DNA from: a virus
Taxonomy: Duplodnaviria > Caudoviricetes
Reading direction: 5' to 3' (one strand)
DNA length: 64,000 bases
IMG/VR virus record: IMGVR_UViG_3300028048_000066
Location: 32,001 to 96,000 of that record
In this document: one piece after another, positions 28,885-38,599 of the stretch
How positions within the stretch are numbered: position 1 is the first letter of the stretch
Layout of the letters: each line of letters begins with the position of its first letter
The notes under the pieces: model-generated
What the model saw: the letters and a program-made list of their open reading frames with translations, nothing else
Told to the model about the DNA's origin: nothing
Databases searched by the model: none
Made by a program: the position numbers and the translations under genes

Positions 28885-29218
28885 TGTTAAGATAGCAGAC
28901 CTCACAAACTATAATCCAGACACCAATACATATTACATACCTAGATATAACGAAACAAAGTTAGAAGTAGATTCTTGTTATATTATTTGTTTAGATGATG
29001 TTCTACTCAAGTATGATGAGGATTCTACTTTAATATCTAACTGGAACAGAGGAACATACCCAAAGTCAAAGTATATGAAAGTAGATATTAGCAAAAAGGT
29101 AGGAGATATGGTGTTGGTTAATGGGTTAGGTTATGACTATAATACAAAACAAGATACAAATGTTTTGTGGAATGGTTGGTTACCTATCAAGAAAATAAAA
29201 GTAATGGAGAAATTATAA
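28853..29218 (+). CDS. Hypothetical protein
   Basis: Coupled ORF. Confidence 0.6.
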   Translation: MNKIVEQQLNNVKIADLTNYNPDTNTYYIPRYNETKLEVDSCYIICLDDVLLKYDEDSTLISNWNRGTYPKSKYMKVDISKKVGDMVLVNGLGYDYNTKQDTNVLWNGWLPIKKIKVMEKL

Positions 29219-30228
29219 TGTCACTAGCAACAAAATACAGACCACAGAGATTTGAAGATGTTATAGGACAGGGTTCAACTATAAAGATATTGAAAAGACA
29301 ACTTGAACTTGGACAGTTCAAGAATTGCTATTTATTTACAGGTCCTTCTGGAACTGGTAAAACAACATTGGCAAGAATATTTGCTTATGAGATAAACAAT
29401 GGTTATGGAGAACCTATTGAAATTGATGGTGCATCTAATAATGGTGTAGATAATGTTAGAGCAATTATAGACAGTGCAAAGTATAGAAGTTTAGATGGTA
29501 AATATAAAATCTTTATCATTGATGAAGCACATATGATTACTATACAAGGATGGAATGCTTTTTTGAAGTGTTTAGAAGAACCACCTGTATATACTATTTT
29601 CATATTTTGTACAACAGACCCACAGAAGATTCCAGCAACTATTGCAAATCGTGTTATGAGATTCAATCTTAATAGAATTGGTGCAGATGATATATGTGCT
29701 AGACTTCGTGAAATCTGTTCTAACGAAAGTTATACTAATTTTGAAGAAAGTTGCGATTATATTGCTAAAATCGCTTGTGGTGGAGCAAGAGATGCGATAG
29801 CACTATTAGAAAAGTGTGCTGACTATTCAAACGACTTATCAATAGGCAATGTGTTAGATGCTATTGGTAATTTTTCACAGGAGATATATTTTGACTTAAC
29901 TAATGCTGTGTTAGATAAGGATGAAGGATTAGTAATAAAGATTGTAGAGTATTGCTACAATCAGGGGAATGATTTGAAGTTGTTTGTTAATCAGTATGTA
30001 GACTTTATGCTTGACTTAACAAAGTATTCAATATTCCAAGATGCAAATATGACAAAAGTTCCAAAGTACTTATTAACTGATTTAACAGGAACAACAGCAA
30101 AAGCAACAACAGAAACACTGAATGTGTTGTGTGACAGAGTGTTAGAATTATCAAATAAACTTAAAGTTGATACAATGCCAAAGACAACAATTGAAGTAGA
30201 GTTAATAAATGTATTAAGAAGTTTATGA
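29218..30228 (+). CDS. dnaX: Clamp loader ATPase, DNA Pol III gamma/tau-like
   Basis: SLATKYRPQRFEDVIGQ, GPSGTGKTT, EIDGASN, IIDEAH, LKCLEEPP, GGARDA. Confidence 0.92.
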   Translation: MSLATKYRPQRFEDVIGQGSTIKILKRQLELGQFKNCYLFTGPSGTGKTTLARIFAYEINNGYGEPIEIDGASNNGVDNVRAIIDSAKYRSLDGKYKIFIIDEAHMITIQGWNAFLKCLEEPPVYTIFIFCTTDPQKIPATIANRVMRFNLNRIGADDICARLREICSNESYTNFEESCDYIAKIACGGARDAIALLEKCADYSNDLSIGNVLDAIGNFSQEIYFDLTNAVLDKDEGLVIKIVEYCYNQGNDLKLFVNQYVDFMLDLTKYSIFQDANMTKVPKYLLTDLTGTTAKATTETLNVLCDRVLELSNKLKVDTMPKTTIEVELINVLRSL

Positions 30229-31025
30229 TAGGACAAGAAAGAATACTAAACAAACTAAAATCATTTACATTACAAACATTACCACATACAATTCTTTTTG
30301 TAGGAAAAAGAGGGTGTGGTAAACATACTATTGTAAAAGAACTTGCTTCTAACTTTGGTATAGATGTTGTAGATATTAGTGAAGATATAAACAACGACTT
30401 TCTAGTGGAAATCTATATGAGGTCGTTGCAGGTTTTCTATTTGATTGATATTGATAAGATTACAGAGAGAAATCAGAACACTTTATTGAAGATTTTAGAA
30501 GAACCACCTACAAGTGCTTATATGGTATTGATTAGTTCAAGCAAGAAGTTGTTATTAGACACGGTTTTGAATAGGTGTATGATATATGAGTTTGAGGATT
30601 ATACCAAAGAGCAACTAAAAGAGTTTGTAAGAGAAGATGTATATGGAGATAAAGCATTAGAGGTATGTACTACTCCAGGACAACTTCTAACATTAAACTA
30701 TAAGACATTAGATGATATTGAAGAGTCTATAAACAAGTTGTTAGAAAAACTCAATGTTGTATTATTACCTAGTTTACTCAATTTAGTTGATAGAGTAAAT
30801 TTTGGAGATGAATACGATAAGTATGATTTAGATGTGTTCTTAACTGTGCTTGAAAAGAGGATATATAGGTTAATTTTAGAGCAGAACAAGACAATAAACT
30901 ACTTTAAGATTTACAACATATTGTGCAAATACAAAACCCTATTTGAAGATAGTAGACTTAAAAAGAATCTATTGTTTGAGAATATGTTAATAGAAATGTG
31001 GCAGGAGTCACGAAAGGAGAAATAA
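30225..31025 (+). CDS. holB: Clamp loader delta-prime-like subunit
   Basis: IGQE, GKRGCGK, QNTLLKILEEPP, TVLNRC. Confidence 0.8.
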   Translation: MIGQERILNKLKSFTLQTLPHTILFVGKRGCGKHTIVKELASNFGIDVVDISEDINNDFLVEIYMRSLQVFYLIDIDKITERNQNTLLKILEEPPTSAYMVLISSSKKLLLDTVLNRCMIYEFEDYTKEQLKEFVREDVYGDKALEVCTTPGQLLTLNYKTLDDIEESINKLLEKLNVVLLPSLLNLVDRVNFGDEYDKYDLDVFLTVLEKRIYRLILEQNKTINYFKIYNILCKYKTLFEDSRLKKNLLFENMLIEMWQESRKEK

Positions 31026-31026
31026 A

Positions 31027-31308
31027 ATGAAAGACAAGACACAACTATTCAAGAAAATTACAGAGTCAATGGCAAATCTATATGCACAGAAAAACACTGC
31101 ATATGGGGATAGTTTTGGAATAAGTGTGGAAAAGTATGGATTGATTTCAGCATTAACAAGAATTAGTGATAAATTTAACAGACTTGAAAACCTAATCTTA
31201 CATCCAGATGTAGACCAAGATGATGAGAGAGTTACAGATACATTATTAGATTTGGCATCTTATGCCATTATGACTTATATTGAAATCACTACAAAGGATG
31301 AAAAATAA
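31027..31308 (+). CDS. Nucleotide-modification-associated (DUF1599/Nmad-like) protein
   Basis: KNTAYGDSF..RISDKFNRL..DTLLDLASYA. Confidence 0.75.
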   Translation: MKDKTQLFKKITESMANLYAQKNTAYGDSFGISVEKYGLISALTRISDKFNRLENLILHPDVDQDDERVTDTLLDLASYAIMTYIEITTKDEK

Positions 31309-31319
31309 AAACATATAGT

Positions 31320-32228
31320 ATGAAACTAAAAGACCTTAAATCATCTATAGAGAACAAAACCTATAAAGAGCACTTCCTAATATTAAAGTGGGAAGATGTT
31401 TCCTTTATTCCTTTTCAGTATGTAAATGCAATAGCACAGGGTTTTGATGGTATTGTGTATGCAGACACATTGGAAGATTGTAAAAAGGAAAGGGACATCT
31501 TTGAGATTGAAGATGCTAACTTATATGTTTACAATGTGCTTGAACTAACAGGAGAGATAGAACCTTCTGATTTGAAGACAACTGTAATCATCTGTAAGAC
31601 ATTTGGAAAGGGTTTTAATAAGGAAAAACTGGGCAGTTTTATTGTAGAAGTACCTAAACTTGAAAACTGGCAGATTTTGTCATATATGAAGTTTAAGTGT
31701 CCAAAAGTTAGAGAAGAAAAGTTGATTTGGTTACAAGAGATTGCTAACAATGACATCTATAGAATTGATAATGAATTATCAAAGATTTCAATGTTTGATG
31801 ACCAAGATTCTATGTTTGACTGTATTCTAAATGACAATGGATATGGTGACTTATCATCTTTTAATATTTACAACCTTTCTAACAACATAAGTAAGAATAA
31901 TGTAAATGAAGTTAGAAAGATTTTACTTGAAATTGATAATATAGATGTAGAACCGTATGGACTTGTAACAAATTTAATTAGGGAATTTAAGAACATTTTA
32001 AAGGTCCAAATGTTCCCTAATGCAACATATGAAAAACTACATATGACAGAGAAGCAATACAAAGCAGTAAGGTACTATTGTTGTGGTATATTTAATAATG
32101 AAACCTTAATCAAATGTTATAGGTTTTTACTTGACTTTGATAGAAGAATTAAAGAGGGTGAATATTCCAATATGTCAAACAATAGAATTATAGACCACAT
32201 TATAAATAATATAGTATTTAGGAAATAA
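31320..32228 (+). CDS. holA: Clamp loader delta-like subunit
   Basis: About 300 aa; NDIYRIDNELSKI and NIYNL resemble HolA; clustered with dnaX and holB. Confidence 0.65.
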   Translation: MKLKDLKSSIENKTYKEHFLILKWEDVSFIPFQYVNAIAQGFDGIVYADTLEDCKKERDIFEIEDANLYVYNVLELTGEIEPSDLKTTVIICKTFGKGFNKEKLGSFIVEVPKLENWQILSYMKFKCPKVREEKLIWLQEIANNDIYRIDNELSKISMFDDQDSMFDCILNDNGYGDLSSFNIYNLSNNISKNNVNEVRKILLEIDNIDVEPYGLVTNLIREFKNILKVQMFPNATYEKLHMTEKQYKAVRYYCCGIFNNETLIKCYRFLLDFDRRIKEGEYSNMSNNRIIDHIINNIVFRK

Positions 32229-32229
32229 T

Positions 32230-33249
32230 ATGAAGATAGCAGTTTGTGGAGATGTGCACTACTGTGTTAATAGTAGTGTTATAAGAAGTAGAGGTGAAAA
32301 GTACTCTACAAGAATTGAGAATTGTATTAAGTCAATCAACTGGTTTGAACAAGAGATTACAACAAAGTGTGACCTAGTTGTATATCTAGGTGACTTCTTT
32401 GATTCTCCTGTACTTAATGATGAAATTATTACATCCCTAAAAGATATTGAATGGAACAAGAGTTTAGTTCATTTCTTCTTGGTAGGTAATCACGAATCTA
32501 GTGTTGGTAGTTTAGAATACAATTCAGCAAAGGATTTAGAGAGTGACCAATTTAAGATTATCAGTGAACCGTTTTACTTTGGTATTTGTGGATTATTCTT
32601 TTTGCCATATATAACAGAAGATAATAGAAGGTCATTACAAGAGTATGTGAAAGATATAAGACCAAGAATTCTCTTTTCACACAATGATTTAAAGGGCGTT
32701 CAAATGGGTGCTATTACTTCAAAGACAGGATTTGACCTTGAGGATATTTTAAGTAATAGCGACTTATATGTAAATGGACACATACACAACGGTAGTTGGG
32801 TTATAAAGGATAGAATCTTAAATCTTGGTAATTTAACAGGACAAAATTTTGGTGAAGATGGTTATGTATATAATCATAATGTAGCAATAATAGATACAGA
32901 TACACTCAATGTTGAATTTATTAAGAATCCGTATGCTTTTAATTTTTATAAGTTTGAGGTAAACACAATAGATGAGTTCAATGCTTATATGAATAAGATT
33001 AAGAATAAACCAAGCAGTATTGTAAGTGTTAAGTGTAATGAGAACATTTTGAAGGATGTAAATCAAGAACTAAAGAAAAGCAACCTAGTTTGCAGTAAAG
33101 TTATATCATTCTCTAACAATAACTATACTACTACAGAGTGTGTTGATGATTTTACTGTGGACCATTTAGATGAGTTCAAGAAGTTCTGTTTAGTAAATAT
33201 TGGGAATAACGACACAGTAATTAGTGAGTTGAATGAGGTGTGTAGATGA
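32230..33249 (+). CDS. sbcD: SbcD/Mre11 (gp47-like) nuclease
   Basis: GDVH, LGDFFD, GNHE, SH, GHIH. Confidence 0.85.
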   Translation: MKIAVCGDVHYCVNSSVIRSRGEKYSTRIENCIKSINWFEQEITTKCDLVVYLGDFFDSPVLNDEIITSLKDIEWNKSLVHFFLVGNHESSVGSLEYNSAKDLESDQFKIISEPFYFGICGLFFLPYITEDNRRSLQEYVKDIRPRILFSHNDLKGVQMGAITSKTGFDLEDILSNSDLYVNGHIHNGSWVIKDRILNLGNLTGQNFGEDGYVYNHNVAIIDTDTLNVEFIKNPYAFNFYKFEVNTIDEFNAYMNKIKNKPSSIVSVKCNENILKDVNQELKKSNLVCSKVISFSNNNYTTTECVDDFTVDHLDEFKKFCLVNIGNNDTVISELNEVCR

Positions 33250-35108
33250 ATATAGAATTTGAGAAAATTATATTGCACAATTTTTTATCATTTGGGCACA
33301 GCGAGATAGAATTAAAAGATAAAGGTTATTGTGTTGTTAGGGGTATCAATGAATGTGAGAATGATAAAGCATTGAGTAATGGCAGTGGTAAGAGCAGCAT
33401 CTGGAGTGCTATTACTTTTGCTTTAACAGGGGAAACAATTCAAGGTGTAACAACAAACCTAAAAAATATTTATGTGGATGAAGATAGTTGTTATGTTACA
33501 CTTGACTTCAACTATGATGGTGTAGCATATGAAGTAACTAGAATAAAAGCACCTAAATCTGATTTAAAGGTAATTGTAAATGGTGAAGACAAGAGTGGTA
33601 AAGGTATTAGAGATGGTGAAGCAATATTAGAATCATATCTTCCTGAATTAACTAAGGATTTACTTGCATCTGTAATTATATTAGGTCAAGGAATGCCAAA
33701 TAAGTTTTCATCATTTAGTCCAAGTGGTAGAAAGGAACTCTTGGAAAAATTATCAAAATCAGATTTTATGGTGGATGATATAAAGGTAAGAGTGTCTAAT
33801 AGAATAGATAAGTTAAGAAATGATGTAAACCTTCTTAATATTGATGGTGCTAGATTACAATCCAAGTTAGAAGATGAAGAGACAAGACTCAATGGTTTGT
33901 TAGGCACAACCATTAAGGATGTGAAAGATATTGATGACAAGATTCACGGACTTGAAGTTTGGATTGATAAAGATAAGACAGCATTAGATGATTGCTATGC
34001 TTATGTAGATGATTGCAAGACCAAAGTTGACAAGTTAGATAAAGAGTATAAGCAAACACTTGAAGATGGTGTAGAGAGTGAAAATAAGGAAGAAGATGAT
34101 TTCAGAGTTAAGATTAAACCACTTACAGAATCTCAAGCACAACTAAAGAGTAAGATTGAGTTTACTAAGAGAGAACTTATCAAGATGCAAAACATTACAG
34201 ACATCTGTCCTACCTGTGGTCAAAAGATTCCTAATGTTGTTAAACCAGATACAAGTGGAATTGAGAAAGAACTTAAAGACCTAAACATTGAATTAACAGA
34301 GGTTGGAGAAAGCATAGATGCCTGTGAGCAAGAACATATATTAAAAAAGAACTCTATTAGAAATAAAAACAAAGCAGATAGGGATGCAGTTTCTTTGCAA
34401 ATCAGCGACTTAAAGAATGTAATTTCAACACAAGAAAAGTCCATTAAGGAACTTGAAGCAGAATTAAACTCTATGATAAAAGATAAGGAAGACCTTCAAA
34501 GAGAGAAGGAGTCATACGAGAACAGTGCCAAGACATTGAATGAAAACATTGAGTCTAGTAAGAAACTCATTGAGAAATACAATACAGAATTGACAACAAT
34601 AAGCAATAAGACAGAAGAAACTCAAAAGCATCTTGATGTAGTATCAAAGATGGAAACCCTAATCAAGAGAGATTTCAGAGGATTTTTACTAATCAATGTA
34701 ATAGAGTTCATCAATACAAAAGCAAAAGAATACTGCAAATATGTGTTAGGATATGACGACTTTACCTTTGCTCTTAATGGAAATAATATAAATATATCTT
34801 ATAATGGTAAAGAGTTTGAGAATCTGAGTGGTGGAGAGCAACAAAAGATAGACTTGATTTTACAATTAACTATCAGGGATATGTTGAAGACACATTTGAA
34901 CTTCTCAACAAACATTTTAGTATTAGATGAAATTACAGACTTTTTGGATAGACAAAGTTGTGATAATATAATAACAATGATAGCAAACAAGTGTAGTGAT
35001 GTGGAAAGTGTATTTATTATTAGTCACCATCCAGATGAACTACAGATACCAATGGACAGTGAACTTTTAGTTGTAAAAAATAATGAGGGAATAAGTGAGG
35101 TGAAATAA
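33246..35108 (+). CDS. sbcC: SbcC/Rad50 (gp46-like) ATPase
   Basis: NFLSF, NGSGKS, CPTCG hook, LSGGE, LDE, ISH. Confidence 0.92.
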   Translation: MNIEFEKIILHNFLSFGHSEIELKDKGYCVVRGINECENDKALSNGSGKSSIWSAITFALTGETIQGVTTNLKNIYVDEDSCYVTLDFNYDGVAYEVTRIKAPKSDLKVIVNGEDKSGKGIRDGEAILESYLPELTKDLLASVIILGQGMPNKFSSFSPSGRKELLEKLSKSDFMVDDIKVRVSNRIDKLRNDVNLLNIDGARLQSKLEDEETRLNGLLGTTIKDVKDIDDKIHGLEVWIDKDKTALDDCYAYVDDCKTKVDKLDKEYKQTLEDGVESENKEEDDFRVKIKPLTESQAQLKSKIEFTKRELIKMQNITDICPTCGQKIPNVVKPDTSGIEKELKDLNIELTEVGESIDACEQEHILKKNSIRNKNKADRDAVSLQISDLKNVISTQEKSIKELEAELNSMIKDKEDLQREKESYENSAKTLNENIESSKKLIEKYNTELTTISNKTEETQKHLDVVSKMETLIKRDFRGFLLINVIEFINTKAKEYCKYVLGYDDFTFALNGNNINISYNGKEFENLSGGEQQKIDLILQLTIRDMLKTHLNFSTNILVLDEITDFLDRQSCDNIITMIANKCSDVESVFIISHHPDELQIPMDSELLVVKNNEGISEVK

Positions 35109-35956
35109 TGCTATATTCAGCAAAAGGAAATGAAAGATATGTAGATTTAGCAAAATATTTTGATGACCATTTCAATACACCAGATAGAGATGATGAGAAA
35201 TGTTATCGTGCTATGTATTTAATTTATTATATGTTAGCGTGTAAGAAACAATATTTTAGAACATATGAAGATTATGATACTTTTGCACAATTTGCAGCAA
35301 CAACAATCTATATAAGATTTATGAAGAAACTAGAGAAAGGTGAGAAGATTAGGTCTTTACTCAATTATGCAAAAGCATCGGTTTATCCATTGAGTTTGAG
35401 TTATAAAAAACAAGAGTATAATGAAATGAACATTGCTAAAGAAGACCCAGCACTACTCTGGACATATCAAATCAAGATGAGAGAACAAGTTCAAGACCAA
35501 TGTAACGAAGGACTTCAGGAAGACACAATAGAGTCATTTAAATGCATCCCAGCAATGATTAGAGAGGTTATTGATGAAACACCTTATAGAGATGATAAGA
35601 TTGCTTATATGCGATTATATAAGTCTTGCTTGATAACTTTAATCAAGTCGTTCACATTGGGCAGTTATTCTGAATCTGTTGTAGAGAAGAGAAATGAAAG
35701 GGATATGAACATTAGTCCAGAGTTCTTACTCAAAATCTTCAAGAGAGAACAAGAAAATGCTTTAACATTGTGGAGATTAGAACCAGAGATTAAAGATTAT
35801 GTTGACTTATTAGTTAAGAAAGTAATGAAAAAAATGATGAATGAAATTTATGATGTTGAACAATCTTATGCATTATCAGTAGACACATTAGATAATATAT
35901 TGAAATCACAAGATTCAGCAACTCAACAACAAGATGATTATTACGAGGATATGTAA
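35108..35956 (+). CDS. Hypothetical protein, possible divergent late sigma factor
   Basis: EDYDTFAQ..IY.R..LLNY weakly resembles sigma region 2; lies next to gp46/47-like genes, as T4 gp55 does. Confidence 0.3.
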   Translation: MLYSAKGNERYVDLAKYFDDHFNTPDRDDEKCYRAMYLIYYMLACKKQYFRTYEDYDTFAQFAATTIYIRFMKKLEKGEKIRSLLNYAKASVYPLSLSYKKQEYNEMNIAKEDPALLWTYQIKMREQVQDQCNEGLQEDTIESFKCIPAMIREVIDETPYRDDKIAYMRLYKSCLITLIKSFTLGSYSESVVEKRNERDMNISPEFLLKIFKREQENALTLWRLEPEIKDYVDLLVKKVMKKMMNEIYDVEQSYALSVDTLDNILKSQDSATQQQDDYYEDM

Positions 35957-35957
35957 A

Positions 35958-36353
35958 ATGGGTGTAAGTAAAATTAGAACAAAATTAGAAGAATTAAATA
36001 AAACAGATGTATACTCACTAATGTTATTTGTATTATATAAAACAACAGATATTCCAGAGTATTCAACATTAAGCGAGTTGTGCTATCTATTAGACCAAAA
36101 GTGTTTATCAAATCTTTTAGAATATTATGGTGGAAAAACAATAACTATTCCTACAAAAGAAGAGATGAAAAATGTATTGAATGCACTATTGCTTTATCAG
36201 TTAATCAACATTGAAGGAAAAGAGTATAAAGATGCAGTAGAAGAAATCAACTCACCAGAATACAATGAGAGTAAAACTGTGGAAATATACAAAAAAGTGG
36301 TTGAAATTATGGAAAAATATACATTTATTAGCAGAGAGGGTGGAAATGTTTAA
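35958..36353 (+). CDS. Mor/C-like transcription activator candidate
   Basis: LLEYYGGKTITIP resembles the Mor-family GG..I.IP motif. Confidence 0.5.
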   Translation: MGVSKIRTKLEELNKTDVYSLMLFVLYKTTDIPEYSTLSELCYLLDQKCLSNLLEYYGGKTITIPTKEEMKNVLNALLLYQLINIEGKEYKDAVEEINSPEYNESKTVEIYKKVVEIMEKYTFISREGGNV

Positions 36354-36573
36354 AAAATTGTTGTATAATATATTAGATGACCTTGATACTTTTCTAAGTC
36401 CAGAAGATGCATTTGAGAGATGTGTTTTGTACAAATTAGACAATCAGTTCAATAATTATATGAAAGAAGTTGACCTGCTTTGTAATTATTTGTTGAAGAG
36501 GGACTCAAAGAAAGTATTAAGAAGAGTAGCACTTAACTACAAGGCGGAGAGCAAAAATGAAAAAGAAGAATAA
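36346..36573 (+). CDS. Hypothetical protein
   Basis: GAGGGTG RBS before ATG 36346. Confidence 0.5.
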   Translation: MFKKLLYNILDDLDTFLSPEDAFERCVLYKLDNQFNNYMKEVDLLCNYLLKRDSKKVLRRVALNYKAESKNEKEE

Positions 36574-37492
36574 AGAATTTAATTTAATAGAGATTGGTAA
36601 CAACTTTAAGAGATTAGCAGACAGCGTAATCAACTTTATTCAGGTTGCTAACAAGGTTCACATCTATGATATTAAATTCATTTCAACAAACATTTATAGT
36701 ACAGATGATTTTGAAAGGTGTGAAACACTTGAAAATGCTTTAGTTGAATTTAGAATTAAAGAACTAAAGGATTGGTTATTTGGAATATGGATTGACTATG
36801 ATAAAGGTTTGTGGTTAGATTATGATAACGATGATGGTAACTATAGAATATTTCTTTTTGCACAAGTGGAAGATTATATTGACAAGTTTAGACCATCATA
36901 CTCCTCTTTTGTAGAAGATGGGATTGTTCCAGGTGAAATGTTTGATGACATAGTTGCTAATGAAGATATAAATGTAAACAAATATCCAAGACTGGATTTT
37001 CCTACCGTTTACTATGAAATCTATGATATGATAAAGTATATGAAAGAGAACAAGAGTCTTGCTTGGTATAAAGACATTAGTTATTATGTAGATTACAACA
37101 GAACATACCTAACAAGATGTGGTGCTAGATTATTGAAGAATAAGATACTATTTAAGAAGTGGAGAGAAAAGAAGATTGGTGAATACATTGTAAGAAGAAA
37201 GATTAAGTTGGTTGAGAAGTATGTATTGCCACTATTCAATGGAAGTTATTTAAAGTATATTGGTGACTACTGCCACCCAAGTTATGAAATAAGAGTTCCA
37301 CTAACAGAAGCAAAAGAGCAATTCGGTATTATAATAAAAGGTACATATGAGATTATGCAAGAAGAATTAAGTGATGAGTATTTTATTAAGGTTGGTAGGT
37401 TAGAGAATCTTGAGTTTAAACTTATAGGTTCAACATATAATACCAACTCAGTAGAAGATTCAAGTTTTTATGTTTATAATGATAAAGGTTAA
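36557..37492 (+). CDS. Hypothetical protein, paralogue of 49797..50771
   Basis: FRIKELKDWLFGIW..LFAQVEDYIDKFRP motif shared with 49797..50771. Confidence 0.65.
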   Translation: MKKKNKEFNLIEIGNNFKRLADSVINFIQVANKVHIYDIKFISTNIYSTDDFERCETLENALVEFRIKELKDWLFGIWIDYDKGLWLDYDNDDGNYRIFLFAQVEDYIDKFRPSYSSFVEDGIVPGEMFDDIVANEDINVNKYPRLDFPTVYYEIYDMIKYMKENKSLAWYKDISYYVDYNRTYLTRCGARLLKNKILFKKWREKKIGEYIVRRKIKLVEKYVLPLFNGSYLKYIGDYCHPSYEIRVPLTEAKEQFGIIIKGTYEIMQEELSDEYFIKVGRLENLEFKLIGSTYNTNSVEDSSFYVYNDKG

Positions 37493-37511
37493 TATTTTTA
37501 GGAGATAAATA

Positions 37512-37841
37512 ATGAGTTATATTTTAATGGATGATGTATCTAATTTACTAAACATTAGTACAAAGTTATTAGGCAAAATGCAGGATGCAATTATGTATAG
37601 TATTAACGATGCAGTTAAGGAGACCGTAGTAAAGAACGATGGCATTTGTGAGATTGATGTAGGCATTGGAGACCTAGTTATTGGTCTATATGACAATGAT
37701 TTGAAGTTTAAGTTTATTCCTAATGCTAAATTAAGAGAAAGCATAATCTCCACGATTAAGAACGAAGAAAATATGCTTGAGATTAAGTTAGAAGAGAGTC
37801 TAGCAAACAAGTTAGAAAAAGTTTATAAGGAAATAATTTAA
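37512..37841 (+). CDS. Hypothetical protein
   Basis: AGGAG RBS; contains TGCTAAATTAA at 37724-37734. Confidence 0.6.
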   Translation: MSYILMDDVSNLLNISTKLLGKMQDAIMYSINDAVKETVVKNDGICEIDVGIGDLVIGLYDNDLKFKFIPNAKLRESIISTIKNEENMLEIKLEESLANKLEKVYKEII

Positions 37842-38353
37842 TGGAAGATATTGATAACAATTTACCAAGCACCACAACAGATAGTGTTATTGAAGATTCA
37901 TCTGCTAAGATAAAGGAAACAGATGAGAATCTATTAAACCAAATAGTGAAGTCTGAAAATGTTGATGAAATTAAGGACTTGACTAAGTTGTTTAATGTTA
38001 ATCAAAACAAGAAAAACTTGGTAAGAATAGCAAAGTTAAATGACCTTCTTGATAAGGTGAGTGACAAAGCAATAGAGAGAATAGATTTGTATGCAGATGA
38101 CATTAGTGATAAAGATTTACTTGGTTATATGCAAACAGTTCAAAATGTAATTGAAAAGTCACAAAAGAGTGTAGAAGCAATAGACAGTACACCTATGATA
38201 CAAATCAACCAACAAAACAACATCAATGTTGAAGGTGAATTGTCCAGAGAATCAAAAGAAAAAATTCTAAATATAATCAATGTGTTTAGAGAGATGACAA
38301 CATCTGTGGAACAAGCAGAAGTTGTTGAAGACAATGAGAAAGGAGAAGAATAA
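37841..38353 (+). CDS. Hypothetical helical protein (terminase small subunit-like, tentative)
   Basis: Helical core and QINQQNNINV beta segment; putative late motif about 110 bp upstream. Confidence 0.3.
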   Translation: MEDIDNNLPSTTTDSVIEDSSAKIKETDENLLNQIVKSENVDEIKDLTKLFNVNQNKKNLVRIAKLNDLLDKVSDKAIERIDLYADDISDKDLLGYMQTVQNVIEKSQKSVEAIDSTPMIQINQQNNINVEGELSRESKEKILNIINVFREMTTSVEQAEVVEDNEKGEE

Positions 38354-38580
38354 TGGAAAACAAAGTAGTAGATTTTAATATTGAAGATGAAGCACCAGTA
38401 ACAACAAATCCAAAGGAAGAATTAAAGGATTTATCAGAAGAACACAAAGCAATTATTGAAGACTTTAATAAGTTATCAAAAGAATACCAAACATTAGTAG
38501 TTGCTTTTAATAGATTGTTAGATGAATATAATCAACTTCATATTAGATTATTATTAACAAATCAAGAAGAAAACAAATAA
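38353..38580 (+). CDS. Small coiled-coil protein
   Basis: Coupled ORF with AAAGGAG RBS. Confidence 0.6.
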   Translation: MENKVVDFNIEDEAPVTTNPKEELKDLSEEHKAIIEDFNKLSKEYQTLVVAFNRLLDEYNQLHIRLLLTNQEENK

Positions 38581-38599
38581 TAAGGAGATAAGATAGCAA

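Noticed and set aside
36361-36369. TTGTATAAT inside ORF 36346..36573 as a promoter
   Set aside because: No convincing -35 at 17 bp and it lies within coding sequence; possible but unsupported.
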